A stretch of DNA of 36,295 nucleotides. Origin: Patescibacteria group bacterium (lineage in GTDB: Bacteria; Patescibacteriota; Minisyncoccia; UBA6257; Colwellbacteraceae). A program made the position numbers and the translations under genes. The stretch spans positions 1 to 36,295 of the forward strand of contig JAHJZF010000050.1 of NCBI GenBank assembly GCA_018826645.1, written 5' to 3'. Shown one piece after another: positions 1-7,998 of the stretch. How positions within the stretch are numbered: the first letter of the stretch is position 1; each line of letters begins with the position of its first letter. The notes beneath the pieces were generated by a model that searched no databases, was not told the DNA's origin, and was given only the letters and a program-made list of their open reading frames with translations.

Positions 1-2
1 AG

Positions 3-344
3 TTTTTAGTAGACGTAGCGGCTAGTGCGATTAAAAAAGCAAAGGGATTAAGCGGGAGAAAGGAGTTGTCTGCGAACGAAGGTATGCTTTTTATATTTAG
101 CCCTCCTTCCCAGAGAACTTTCTGGATGAAAAATATGTTAATTCCGATAGATATTATTTGGATTAATGAGGGGGTGGTGGTAGGAATTGAAAATCAGGTT
201 GACCCAGAGATCAAGACATCTCTTTATAAGAAGCAGAGATATTCTTCGCCCGAAAGAGTTGATTATGTTCTAGAGATAGCTGGCGGTAGGGCAGAAGAGT
301 TAAATATCCAAAAAGGAAGCAAGGCTCACATAAGTTTTAAATAG
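3..344 (+). CDS. DUF192 domain protein (5' end probably outside the window)
   Basis: The frame is open from nt 3. The translation ...KGLSGRKELSANEGMLFIF...FWMKNMLIPIDIIWI fits the DUF192 pattern (GL-x-R ... GMLF ... WMKN..IPLDI). TAG stop at 342-344. Confidence 0.75.
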   Translation, partial: FLVDVAASAIKKAKGLSGRKELSANEGMLFIFSPPSQRTFWMKNMLIPIDIIWINEGVVVGIENQVDPEIKTSLYKKQRYSSPERVDYVLEIAGGRAEELNIQKGSKAHISFK

Positions 345-350
345 ATAGGA

Positions 351-356
351 TATAAT
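351..356 (+). promoter_or_regulatory. TATAAT -10 box 6 nt upstream of the gap ATG (candidate leaderless promoter)
   Basis: Perfect TATAAT at 351-356, spacer aaaagt, ATG at 363. No SD motif. The -35 is poor. Confidence 0.4.
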
Positions 357-362
357 AAAAGT

Positions 363-1382
363 ATGACAAAAATAGCAATAAACGGTTTCGGCCGAATTGG
401 TCGCCTCTTTTTAAAACAAATTCTCGAAGAGAAGGGTGTAAAAATAGTCGCCATTAATGATTTGGGAGATTTAGAAAACCTAGCCTATTTGCTTCAATAC
501 GATAGTGTCTATGGGAAATATGATAAGCAAGTCAAGACAAAGAAGGGAAAGCTTATTGTTGGAAAACATGAGATAGGGGTGTTGCAGATAAAAGATCCGG
601 CCGAGCTTCCATGGAAAAAATTGGGCGTAGATATAGTGGTTGAAGCAACGGGTGTTTTTAACTCATATGAAAAGGTAAAGCCCCACCTAAAGGCTGGCGC
701 CAAGAGAGTAGTGATTACAGCTCCTGCCAAAGATGCAGATGGCTCCAAGAATGCGACGGTTTTGGTTGGAGTGAATGAGAATAAGCTTAAGTCCGTTGTA
801 TTAAGTTCGAATGGTTCATGCACCACTAATGCCGTTTCGCCAGTGATATCTATTCTTTCAGAGAAGCTTGGAATTAAGAAAGCTATTCTTTCGACTGTGC
901 ACGGATATACCGCTACGCAATCTTTGGTTGATGGGCCAGTAAGAGGAGACGACTTCAGAAGAGGGAGAGCTGCGGCGCAAAATATAATTCCATCATCCAC
1001 AGGAGCTGCTATCGCAGTCGGACGCGCTATGCCTAAGATGAATGGCAAGTTTGACGGGGTGGCATTCAGGGTACCCGTCGTTGCGGGATCTCTAGCGGAC
1101 ATCACTTTGGTTTCTAAAAAGAAAACAAGCGTAGAGGAAGTTAATGGTATTTTAAAAAAGGCATCTAAAGACTCTCGATGGAAAAACATAATGAAAGTGA
1201 CGGAAGAGCCTATGGTCTCGACCGATATTATTAGTGAACCATACGGAGCAATAGTAGACCTCTCTTTCACAAGGGTGGTAGATGGAGATTTGGTGAAAGT
1301 TCTCTCTTGGTACGATAACGAGTTTGGATATGTAACAACCTTAGTGAAGCACGTGAAGCGGGTGGGCAGTTATCTAAAGTAG
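363..1382 (+). CDS. gap: type I glyceraldehyde-3-phosphate dehydrogenase
   Basis: N-terminal INGFGRIGR Rossmann motif and catalytic SNGSCTTN (the SxxSCTTN box). C-terminal WYDNEFGY motif. 339 aa. Confidence 0.95.
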   Translation: MTKIAINGFGRIGRLFLKQILEEKGVKIVAINDLGDLENLAYLLQYDSVYGKYDKQVKTKKGKLIVGKHEIGVLQIKDPAELPWKKLGVDIVVEATGVFNSYEKVKPHLKAGAKRVVITAPAKDADGSKNATVLVGVNENKLKSVVLSSNGSCTTNAVSPVISILSEKLGIKKAILSTVHGYTATQSLVDGPVRGDDFRRGRAAAQNIIPSSTGAAIAVGRAMPKMNGKFDGVAFRVPVVAGSLADITLVSKKKTSVEEVNGILKKASKDSRWKNIMKVTEEPMVSTDIISEPYGAIVDLSFTRVVDGDLVKVLSWYDNEFGYVTTLVKHVKRVGSYLK

Positions 1383-1391
1383 TTTTTTAAG

Positions 1392-2432
1392 ATGATTAAA
1401 ATTTTAGAGCGAGCACTCGTTTGGGTGCTTCTCGGGATGATTTTAGTTTTTCTTACTTGGTTCATTCTTTTTGCGAGGGAGCTTTATTCTATTAAAGCTA
1501 GTTTTGATTACTCGGTCGTAGCTATAGAAGAGATGGGGAAAAGATTAGCCATTATCGAAGAAGAACGAGTTAAGACAACCTTAGTTTTTGTCGGAGACAT
1601 TATGCTCTCAAGGGCTGTGGGGACAAAGATGAGCGCCCTAGATGATTACAAATATCCTTTTATGAAGACGGCAGAATTTCTCAAAAGTGCTGATTTAGCC
1701 TTTGGCAACTTAGAGACCCCAATCTCTAGTCAAGGTAAAAATCAAGGAAGTATTTATTCTTTTCGATCTGACCCTCGGGTAATTGAGGGGTTAACATATT
1801 CAGGATTTGATGTTTTATCTTTGGCCAATAATCATATTTGGGATTGGGGCGCTACGGCAATGCTCGATACCATCTCTTTGCTTGAAGAGGCCGAGATTCG
1901 TCCCGTTGGAGCAGGGGCAGATTATGCTAAAGCAAACCAACCGGCGTTATTCACATTGAATAAGCAAAAGATTGCGATAACGGCATATACCAATCTTTTG
2001 CTAGAGAGTTTGCAAGCTACTTCCGATACTTCAGGACTGAGCGATTTTAACCTAGATAAAATTAAGGCTGTTGTTAACGAACTCAAGAAAGAAGAAAATT
2101 TAGTTATAGTTTCGCTTCATTGGGGCGAGGAATATGCTGTTTCTTCCAATGAATTACAGAGGGCGATAGCTAGAGAGTTGGTGGATGCAGGCGTAGATAT
2201 AGTGGTGGGGCATCATCCGCACGTAGTGCAGGAACTCGAGCATTACAAGGATGGGTGGATAGCCTATAGTCTGGGTAATTTTATTTTTGATCAGACTTTT
2301 TCAGAAGAGACTATGCGAGGGGCAGCATTGCAGGTGGAGATTGTCGGGGGAGACATTGTGACAGCTAAGCTTTTGCCGGTTGAGATATCGCCCTTTTTCC
2401 AAGCCGATATAAATGTCGGTGAGTTGCCCTAG
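1392..2432 (+). CDS. CapA-family (PGA_cap) metallophosphatase-like protein with N-terminal TM helix
   Basis: FVGDIMLSR, GNLE, LANNH, HWGEEY and GHHPHV are the conserved CapA/metallophosphoesterase blocks. Hydrophobic N-terminus VWVLLGMILVFLTWFILF. Confidence 0.8.
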   Translation: MIKILERALVWVLLGMILVFLTWFILFARELYSIKASFDYSVVAIEEMGKRLAIIEEERVKTTLVFVGDIMLSRAVGTKMSALDDYKYPFMKTAEFLKSADLAFGNLETPISSQGKNQGSIYSFRSDPRVIEGLTYSGFDVLSLANNHIWDWGATAMLDTISLLEEAEIRPVGAGADYAKANQPALFTLNKQKIAITAYTNLLLESLQATSDTSGLSDFNLDKIKAVVNELKKEENLVIVSLHWGEEYAVSSNELQRAIARELVDAGVDIVVGHHPHVVQELEHYKDGWIAYSLGNFIFDQTFSEETMRGAALQVEIVGGDIVTAKLLPVEISPFFQADINVGELP

Positions 2433-2490
2433 ATTTAGTTTGATAAGTTGGTAGATTCTGGAAATTTAACATCACTTTGCCGAGATAGCT

Positions 2491-2496
2491 TATAAT
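2491..2496 (+). promoter_or_regulatory. TATAAT -10 box 7 nt upstream of the rpiB ATG (candidate leaderless promoter)
   Basis: Perfect TATAAT at 2491-2496, spacer ataaaga, ATG at 2504. Confidence 0.4.
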
Positions 2497-2503
2497 ATAA
2501 AGA

Positions 2504-2959
2504 ATGATTATATATATCGGAGCGGACCATAGGGGATTTAACTTAAAAGAACAGCTTAAGGCGTTTTTGCAAGAAAGTGGATACACGGTCAGCGACTTAG
2601 GTGCAGAAGCTATTTTGAAAGAAGATGATTATATTGATTATGCCAAAGCGGTAGCGGAGAAGGTGTCTATGGATCCAACCAATAGCAAAGGAGTTCTAGT
2701 GTGCGGTTCGGGTGTGGGGATGGATATAGCGGCAAACAAGTTTGCAAACGTTAGAAGTGTTTTAGCGATGTCTCCAGACCACGTGATGGCTAGTCGAAAC
2801 GATGACGACACAAATATAGTTTCTTTAGGCGCTAATTTTATTGATACAGAAACCGCCAAAAGAATTGTAAGCGTGTGGCTCCAAACCCCGTTTTCGGGAG
2901 AAGAAGAAGATAGGCGCAGAATAGAACAATTAAAAAACCTTGATCATACCAGCAATTAA
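2504..2959 (+). CDS. rpiB: ribose-5-phosphate isomerase B (RpiB/LacA/LacB family)
   Basis: IYIGADHRGFNLKEQLKAFL and VCGSGVGMDIAANK are the RpiB signature blocks. 151 aa. Confidence 0.9.
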   Translation: MIIYIGADHRGFNLKEQLKAFLQESGYTVSDLGAEAILKEDDYIDYAKAVAEKVSMDPTNSKGVLVCGSGVGMDIAANKFANVRSVLAMSPDHVMASRNDDDTNIVSLGANFIDTETAKRIVSVWLQTPFSGEEEDRRRIEQLKNLDHTSN

Positions 2960-3578
2960 TTGTCCCGATTTTATTAGTGCGAGCAGAAATATCAGACTGG
3001 CTGAAAGGTTTCTATCGCCATCTGTTGGTTGGATACACATAGACATATCAGATGGAAAGTTTAGCGATACCGAAAGTTGGGGAGACGTTGAGGAATTTTT
3101 AAATCTTAGAACACGTTTAAATATGGAAGTGCATTTGATGGTTGAAGAACCCGAAAAGATTGCGGGTGAGTGGCTTAAGGCTGGTGCTAAAAGATTCATT
3201 GTTTCCGTTCGGGATAAAAAAGCTATAAAAAGATTGGTGAAGGAGGCGAAAAAATATAAAGCCGAAATCGTCCCATCGTTTGATTTAGAGACATCAAATC
3301 AAGAAGCTCTTAGTTATCTTGAGGATTTTAATTATGTGCATGTTTTAGCGATTAACCCTGGTCCAAGTGGCCAATCTTTTAATTTCGGGGCGTTAGAAAA
3401 GATTGAATTTTTGCGAGGTCAAAACCGAGGTGTTAAAATAGAAGTAGACGGAGGAATTAATCCAGAAACTGGAATGCAGGCATTGGGCGCGGGGGCAGAT
3501 GTCTTAATCGTCGGGAGCTATATCTTTGAGAATGACGATCCAGCGTTGGCTTATCGAGAACTAGAATCACTTATCTAA
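2940..3578 (+). CDS. rpe: ribulose-phosphate 3-epimerase-like protein (divergent)
   Basis: TIM-barrel epimerase blocks: IIPAINCPDF, HIDISDGKF, HLMV, VDGGIN, VGSYIF. TTG start overlapping the rpiB end by 20 nt. Pathway context with rpiB and tkt. Confidence 0.7.
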   Translation: MIIPAINCPDFISASRNIRLAERFLSPSVGWIHIDISDGKFSDTESWGDVEEFLNLRTRLNMEVHLMVEEPEKIAGEWLKAGAKRFIVSVRDKKAIKRLVKEAKKYKAEIVPSFDLETSNQEALSYLEDFNYVHVLAINPGPSGQSFNFGALEKIEFLRGQNRGVKIEVDGGINPETGMQALGAGADVLIVGSYIFENDDPALAYRELESLI

Positions 3579-4435
3579 TGTATTTAGACGAAAAAGAACA
3601 AAAATTTTTACAGGAGACTGCTAATAAAATTAGGAGGAAGATTATTGATATTCTTGAAGATGCTGGAAGTGGTCATTCTGCTGGTTCTCTTGGAATGGCA
3701 GACGTCTTTACCGCGCTCTATTTCCATATTCTTAAACACGATCCTAAGAACCCAAGCTGGGAAGAGAGAGATCGATTGGTGCTTTCGAATGGTCATATAG
3801 CGCCTGTTCAATATGTTACGATGGCCTACGCTGGATATTTACCAGTAAAGGAACTGAAGACATTAAGAAAGCTTCATTCTCGTCTACAGGGGCATCCTCA
3901 TCGAGAGGCGTTGCCTGGCATAGAGACTACTTCTGGTCCTCTTGGCGCCGGTCTTTCGCAGGCGGCCGGCATGGCACTGGCTGCGAGATTAGATGGTAGA
4001 AAGCATAGAATCTATTGTTTAATGTCTGATGGAGAACAGCAAGAGGGGTTAATTTGGGAGGCATCCATGTTTATTGGCAATAATAAGCTCTCGAACATTA
4101 CGGCCATTATGGATAGAAATAACATCCAAATAGATGGTTCTACGGAAAACGTGATGCCCCTCGAGCCCCTTAAAGAAAAGTATGAGGCTTTTGGATGGCA
4201 TGTTTTAGATATAGACGGTCACGATATAGAGCAGATAGTAGACGCGACCAACGAAGCGAAAGCAATTACATATCAGCCGACCCTCATAGTCGCCCATACA
4301 ATCCCGGGGAAGGGCGTGAGTTTTATGGAAGGGGATTTTGGGTGGCACGGTAAAGCGCCAACAAGATCGCAAGAACAAAAAGCGTTGGCAGAACTTCGGA
4401 CTATGAAGGGTAAGATTAAATCAGAACACGAATAA
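3578..4435 (+). CDS. tkt: transketolase, N-terminal (TPP/PP-binding) subunit of a split enzyme
   Basis: GSGHSAGSLG, LSNGH and the GDG-type box CLMSDGEQQEG. 285 aa, followed directly by the C-terminal subunit. Confidence 0.9.
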   Translation: MYLDEKEQKFLQETANKIRRKIIDILEDAGSGHSAGSLGMADVFTALYFHILKHDPKNPSWEERDRLVLSNGHIAPVQYVTMAYAGYLPVKELKTLRKLHSRLQGHPHREALPGIETTSGPLGAGLSQAAGMALAARLDGRKHRIYCLMSDGEQQEGLIWEASMFIGNNKLSNITAIMDRNNIQIDGSTENVMPLEPLKEKYEAFGWHVLDIDGHDIEQIVDATNEAKAITYQPTLIVAHTIPGKGVSFMEGDFGWHGKAPTRSQEQKALAELRTMKGKIKSEHE

Positions 4436-4436
4436 T

Positions 4437-5435
4437 ATGTTTAATAGAGGGCAAAAATTAAATAAAAAACTTTTTAATAAAAATATTGAAAAAGCATCTC
4501 TTCGAGATGGTTATGGAGAAGGATTGGTTCTCGCCGGTGAAAAACATGATAGCGTAGTAGCGCTTTGTGCGGATTTAACAGAATCTACACGCACTAACGC
4601 TTTTGCGGAAAAATTTCCTGAAAGATATTTTGAGATAGGGGTTGCTGAACAAAATATGGCAGGCATAGCCGCTGGTTTAGGCGTGTCAGGTAAAATTCCA
4701 TTTATGGCGTCTTACGCTACTTTCTCGCCGGGCAGGAATTGGGAGCAGATTAGAACAAATATTTCATATAACAATTCCAACGTTAAGATTGCTGGACATC
4801 ACGCTGGCGTAAGTGTCGGTCCGGACGGAGCTACTCATCAGGCCATCGAAGACATCGCCACCATGAGAGTGATGGCTAATATGAGAGTTATCGTTCCCTG
4901 CGATATTAATGAAGCGCGCAAAGCAACCGTTGTCGCTTCGGAGGTGTGGGGGCCGACGTATTTGAGGTTCACCAAAGAAGAGACACCGGTTATTACATCT
5001 TCAGAGACACCTTTTCAGCCCGGAAAGGCAGAAATTTTCTGGGAATCTAAAAGTCCGCGATGTGCAATTATTGCTTGTGGACCCTTGGTTTATAATACAA
5101 TGCTTGCTGCCAAAGAGCTTGAGGGCGAGGGGATAGATACAATTGTGGTCAATAACCACACTATAAAGCCGATGGACAATGCCCTGATTCTTAGCGTAGC
5201 TAAACGTTGCGGAGCCGTAGTAACAGTTGAAGAACATCAAGTTGAAGGAGGTATGGGGAGTGCGGTAGCAGAAGTTTTATCTAGCAATTTGCCGACACCC
5301 CAAGAGTTTATTGGAGTGTCGGGTGTTTTTGGAGAGTCTGGAACACCTGATGAATTAATTGATAAATATGGCATGGCGGTTAAAGATATTAAGTCAGCGG
5401 TCAAAAAAGTTATTAAAAGAAAAAATGGGCACTAA
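4437..5435 (+). CDS. tkt: transketolase, C-terminal (pyrimidine-binding plus C-terminal domain) subunit
   Basis: FEIGVAEQNMAGIAAGL, GPDGATHQAIEDIA and VEEHQVEGGMGSAV blocks. 332 aa. Confidence 0.9.
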   Translation: MFNRGQKLNKKLFNKNIEKASLRDGYGEGLVLAGEKHDSVVALCADLTESTRTNAFAEKFPERYFEIGVAEQNMAGIAAGLGVSGKIPFMASYATFSPGRNWEQIRTNISYNNSNVKIAGHHAGVSVGPDGATHQAIEDIATMRVMANMRVIVPCDINEARKATVVASEVWGPTYLRFTKEETPVITSSETPFQPGKAEIFWESKSPRCAIIACGPLVYNTMLAAKELEGEGIDTIVVNNHTIKPMDNALILSVAKRCGAVVTVEEHQVEGGMGSAVAEVLSSNLPTPQEFIGVSGVFGESGTPDELIDKYGMAVKDIKSAVKKVIKRKNGH

Positions 5436-6420
5436 AAAACAATACGACTTCATTGCTATAGGAGACCAGACGACAGACGCTTTTATTAAGCTGAAAGATG
5501 CCGAGGTCCGCCATATTAATCATGACGAGCAATTAATTTGCATGCGTTTCGCAGATAAAATTCCTTACGAAGAAGTGAACGTAATACCAGCAGTCGGAAA
5601 TGCTGCCAACGCTGCAGTGAGCGCTTCGAGGTTGGGTCTCAAAAGTGCTTTTGTTTCGAATATAGGGGACGATAGAAATGGCGAAGATGCTCTAGCTGTT
5701 TTTAAAGAAGAGGGGGTGGGGACAGAATTTGTAAAAGTTCATAAGAATAAAAAAACGAACTATCACTACGTGCTTTCGTTCAAGGGAGAGAGAACGATTC
5801 TTATTAAACACGAAGAGTATAAATATGCTCTGCCTTCAATAGGCAGTCCTAAGTGGATTTATTTTTCATCTGTTGGTGACAAAACGCTTCCTTTCCATAA
5901 ACAGATAGAGAGGTATTTGGATAAACACAAGGGAGTAAAGATGGCTTTTCAGCCAGGAACTTTTCAAATGAACTTTGGAAAAGAGAAACTTAAAGGCATC
6001 TACCAAAGGACAGAATTATTCTTTTGCAATCGTGAAGAGGCGCAAAGAATTTTGGGTAAGTCAGAAAAAGATATTAAGAAGCTTCTGGATAGCATCCACC
6101 GATTAGGCCCTCAAATAGTTGTGATTACAGACGGGAAAGACGGTGCTTTTGTAAAAGAGGGTAAAAATTATTGGTTTATGCCGATATATCCTGATAAAAA
6201 ACCTCCGCTTGAGAGAACCGGAGCGGGAGATGCTTTTTCGAGCACTTTTGCTGTTGCGCTGGCACACGGTAGGGGAGTAGAAGAAGCTCTTATGTGGGCA
6301 CCTGTTAATTCGATGTCCGTGGTTCAAATGGTGGGTGCGCGCGCAGGACTAGTCTCGATGCGTGAGTTAGAGAAATATTTGTTGAGAGCCCCCAAGACTT
6401 ATAGACCCAAGAAGATTTAG
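5425..6420 (+). CDS. PfkB-family carbohydrate kinase (substrate unknown)
   Basis: N-terminal DFIAIGD...GNAANAAV and the C-terminal TGAGDAF anion-hole motif. I prefer the ATG at 5425 (MGTKKQYDF) over the ORF-track start at 5359, which overlaps the tkt C-terminus. Confidence 0.85.
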   Translation: MGTKKQYDFIAIGDQTTDAFIKLKDAEVRHINHDEQLICMRFADKIPYEEVNVIPAVGNAANAAVSASRLGLKSAFVSNIGDDRNGEDALAVFKEEGVGTEFVKVHKNKKTNYHYVLSFKGERTILIKHEEYKYALPSIGSPKWIYFSSVGDKTLPFHKQIERYLDKHKGVKMAFQPGTFQMNFGKEKLKGIYQRTELFFCNREEAQRILGKSEKDIKKLLDSIHRLGPQIVVITDGKDGAFVKEGKNYWFMPIYPDKKPPLERTGAGDAFSSTFAVALAHGRGVEEALMWAPVNSMSVVQMVGARAGLVSMRELEKYLLRAPKTYRPKKI

Positions 6421-6424
6421 CTAT

Positions 6425-7297
6425 ATGAGAATAAAAACTTTGCGATCAGCAATTGAATGGGCAAAAGACAAGGGCGTAGCGCTTGGGCATTTTAATATTT
6501 CAGACATATCCGCTTTTCACGCCATAACAAAGGCGGCCAAAGAGCTTGGCGTGCCAATTATTATCGGAACTTCTGAGGGTGAAGCGGATTATATTGACTT
6601 AGACGTGGCGATGGCGATGGTGATAGATGCGCGCAAAGAGCTCGACCACCCTATATTTTTAAATGCCGACCATTTTAGAAGTTTAGAAAAAGTAAGAGAA
6701 GCCGTAATAGCTGGATACGATTCAGTTATTTTTGATGCTGCGGGTCAATCTATTGATGAGAATATTGAGAAAACAAAGGAGGTCGTAGATTTAGTGAAGA
6801 CTATAGATAAAGAAATTTTCGTTGAAGGAGAGCTTGGCTATATTGGCGAGTCTTCTAAAATTTTTGAAGAGATTCCAGAAGGCGTTGAAATAGTTCGAGA
6901 TGCTTTGCCGATCCCAGAAGATGTGGCGCGTTTTGTTAAAGAGACGGGCGTTGATTTGATAGCTCCGGCGGTTGGGAATCTGCACGGTATGTTTAAGGAT
7001 GCTCCGAACCCAAAGCTAGATATCGATTTGATTAAATCAATTGGTGTATCGGCGGGTGTACCGATGGTGCTTCATGGAGGGTCTGGCATCAGTGACGAAG
7101 ATTTTAAATCCGCTATTGAGGCTGGAATGCGTATAATTCACGTCAATACAGAAATTAGAGTTGCTTGGCGCGAGGGCATTGAAGATGCATTAGAAGACAA
7201 GAGTAAAATCGCTCCCTATAAGGTTTTCCCAGAGTCTGAAGATAAGATTTATAAGATAGTCTTAGATAGATTGAAATTGTTTAACGGGATGTTATAA
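6425..7297 (+). CDS. fba: class II fructose/tagatose-bisphosphate aldolase
   Basis: GHFNISD, FLNADH, GELGYIG, GNLHG and VLHGGSG blocks of class II (metal-dependent) aldolases. 290 aa. Confidence 0.9.
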   Translation: MRIKTLRSAIEWAKDKGVALGHFNISDISAFHAITKAAKELGVPIIIGTSEGEADYIDLDVAMAMVIDARKELDHPIFLNADHFRSLEKVREAVIAGYDSVIFDAAGQSIDENIEKTKEVVDLVKTIDKEIFVEGELGYIGESSKIFEEIPEGVEIVRDALPIPEDVARFVKETGVDLIAPAVGNLHGMFKDAPNPKLDIDLIKSIGVSAGVPMVLHGGSGISDEDFKSAIEAGMRIIHVNTEIRVAWREGIEDALEDKSKIAPYKVFPESEDKIYKIVLDRLKLFNGML

Positions 7298-7309
7298 TCC
7301 CCCTTACTT

Positions 7310-7978
7310 ATGGATTTAGAATTAGAGGCACAAAAAAGAGAAGTGTTGGGTAAGAAAGTTGAGACCCTTCGTGAAAGCGGGTTTATTCCAGCAGAATTAT
7401 ATGGAAGTGGCGCAGAGAACGTTCATCTTTCTATTAAAGAAAGCGATTTTACTCGAGTTTATAAAGAAGCAGGAGAGAACACCATGGTCAATCTTACGTT
7501 TGGTGATCAGGCGAGGCCTATTTTTATACATGAAGTCCAAATAGATCCAATAACGGAGAATATATTGGCCGTCGACTTCTATCAGGTAAATCTTAAAGAG
7601 AAGACTACTGCTAATGTGCCCTTGGAGTTTGTGGGTGAATCGCATGCCGTTGAAGAGTTGGGCGGTATCTTAAACAAGGTGCTTGACGAGGTGGAGGTGG
7701 AGGCTCTACCAGCCGACATCCCCCACGTCATAGAAGTAGATATCTCTGCGTTAGACGACTTTAGTAAATCCATTACTGTTGCAGACCTTGTTAGAGAGGC
7801 TCAATTTGAAATTATGAATGATCCTGAGGTTGTTGTAGCGAGCGTGACTGAGCCGAGAGAGGAGGAGGAAGAGCCGATAGAAGAATTATCTCCAGAGGAT
7901 GTAGAGGTTGAAGGCGAGAAGCGTGATAAGGGGGATGAAGGGGAGGAAGAAGGCGGTGCTAACCAAGAAGACTCTTAA
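7310..7978 (+). CDS. rplY: 50S ribosomal protein L25/Ctc with acidic C-terminal tail
   Basis: The N-terminus LEAQKREVLGKKVETLRESGFIPAELYG is the typical L25/Ctc start. Two-domain length (222 aa). E/D-rich tail. Confidence 0.85.
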   Translation: MDLELEAQKREVLGKKVETLRESGFIPAELYGSGAENVHLSIKESDFTRVYKEAGENTMVNLTFGDQARPIFIHEVQIDPITENILAVDFYQVNLKEKTTANVPLEFVGESHAVEELGGILNKVLDEVEVEALPADIPHVIEVDISALDDFSKSITVADLVREAQFEIMNDPEVVVASVTEPREEEEEPIEELSPEDVEVEGEKRDKGDEGEEEGGANQEDS

Positions 7979-7985
7979 TACGTTG

Positions 7986-7991
7986 TATAAT
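7986..7991 (+). promoter_or_regulatory. TATAAT -10 box 7 nt upstream of the ATG at 7999 (candidate leaderless promoter)
   Basis: Perfect TATAAT at 7986-7991, spacer aaaagta, ATG at 7999. Confidence 0.4.
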
Positions 7992-7998
7992 AAAAGTA

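Noticed and set aside
509-1270. 253-aa ORF antisense to gap, and similar antisense ORFs throughout (for example 2638-2859, 5001-5240, 14371-15069, 31449-32042, 32928-33218).
   Set aside because: They lie entirely inside well-supported genes on the other strand and have low-complexity or odd composition with no recognisable motifs. They are shadow ORFs.
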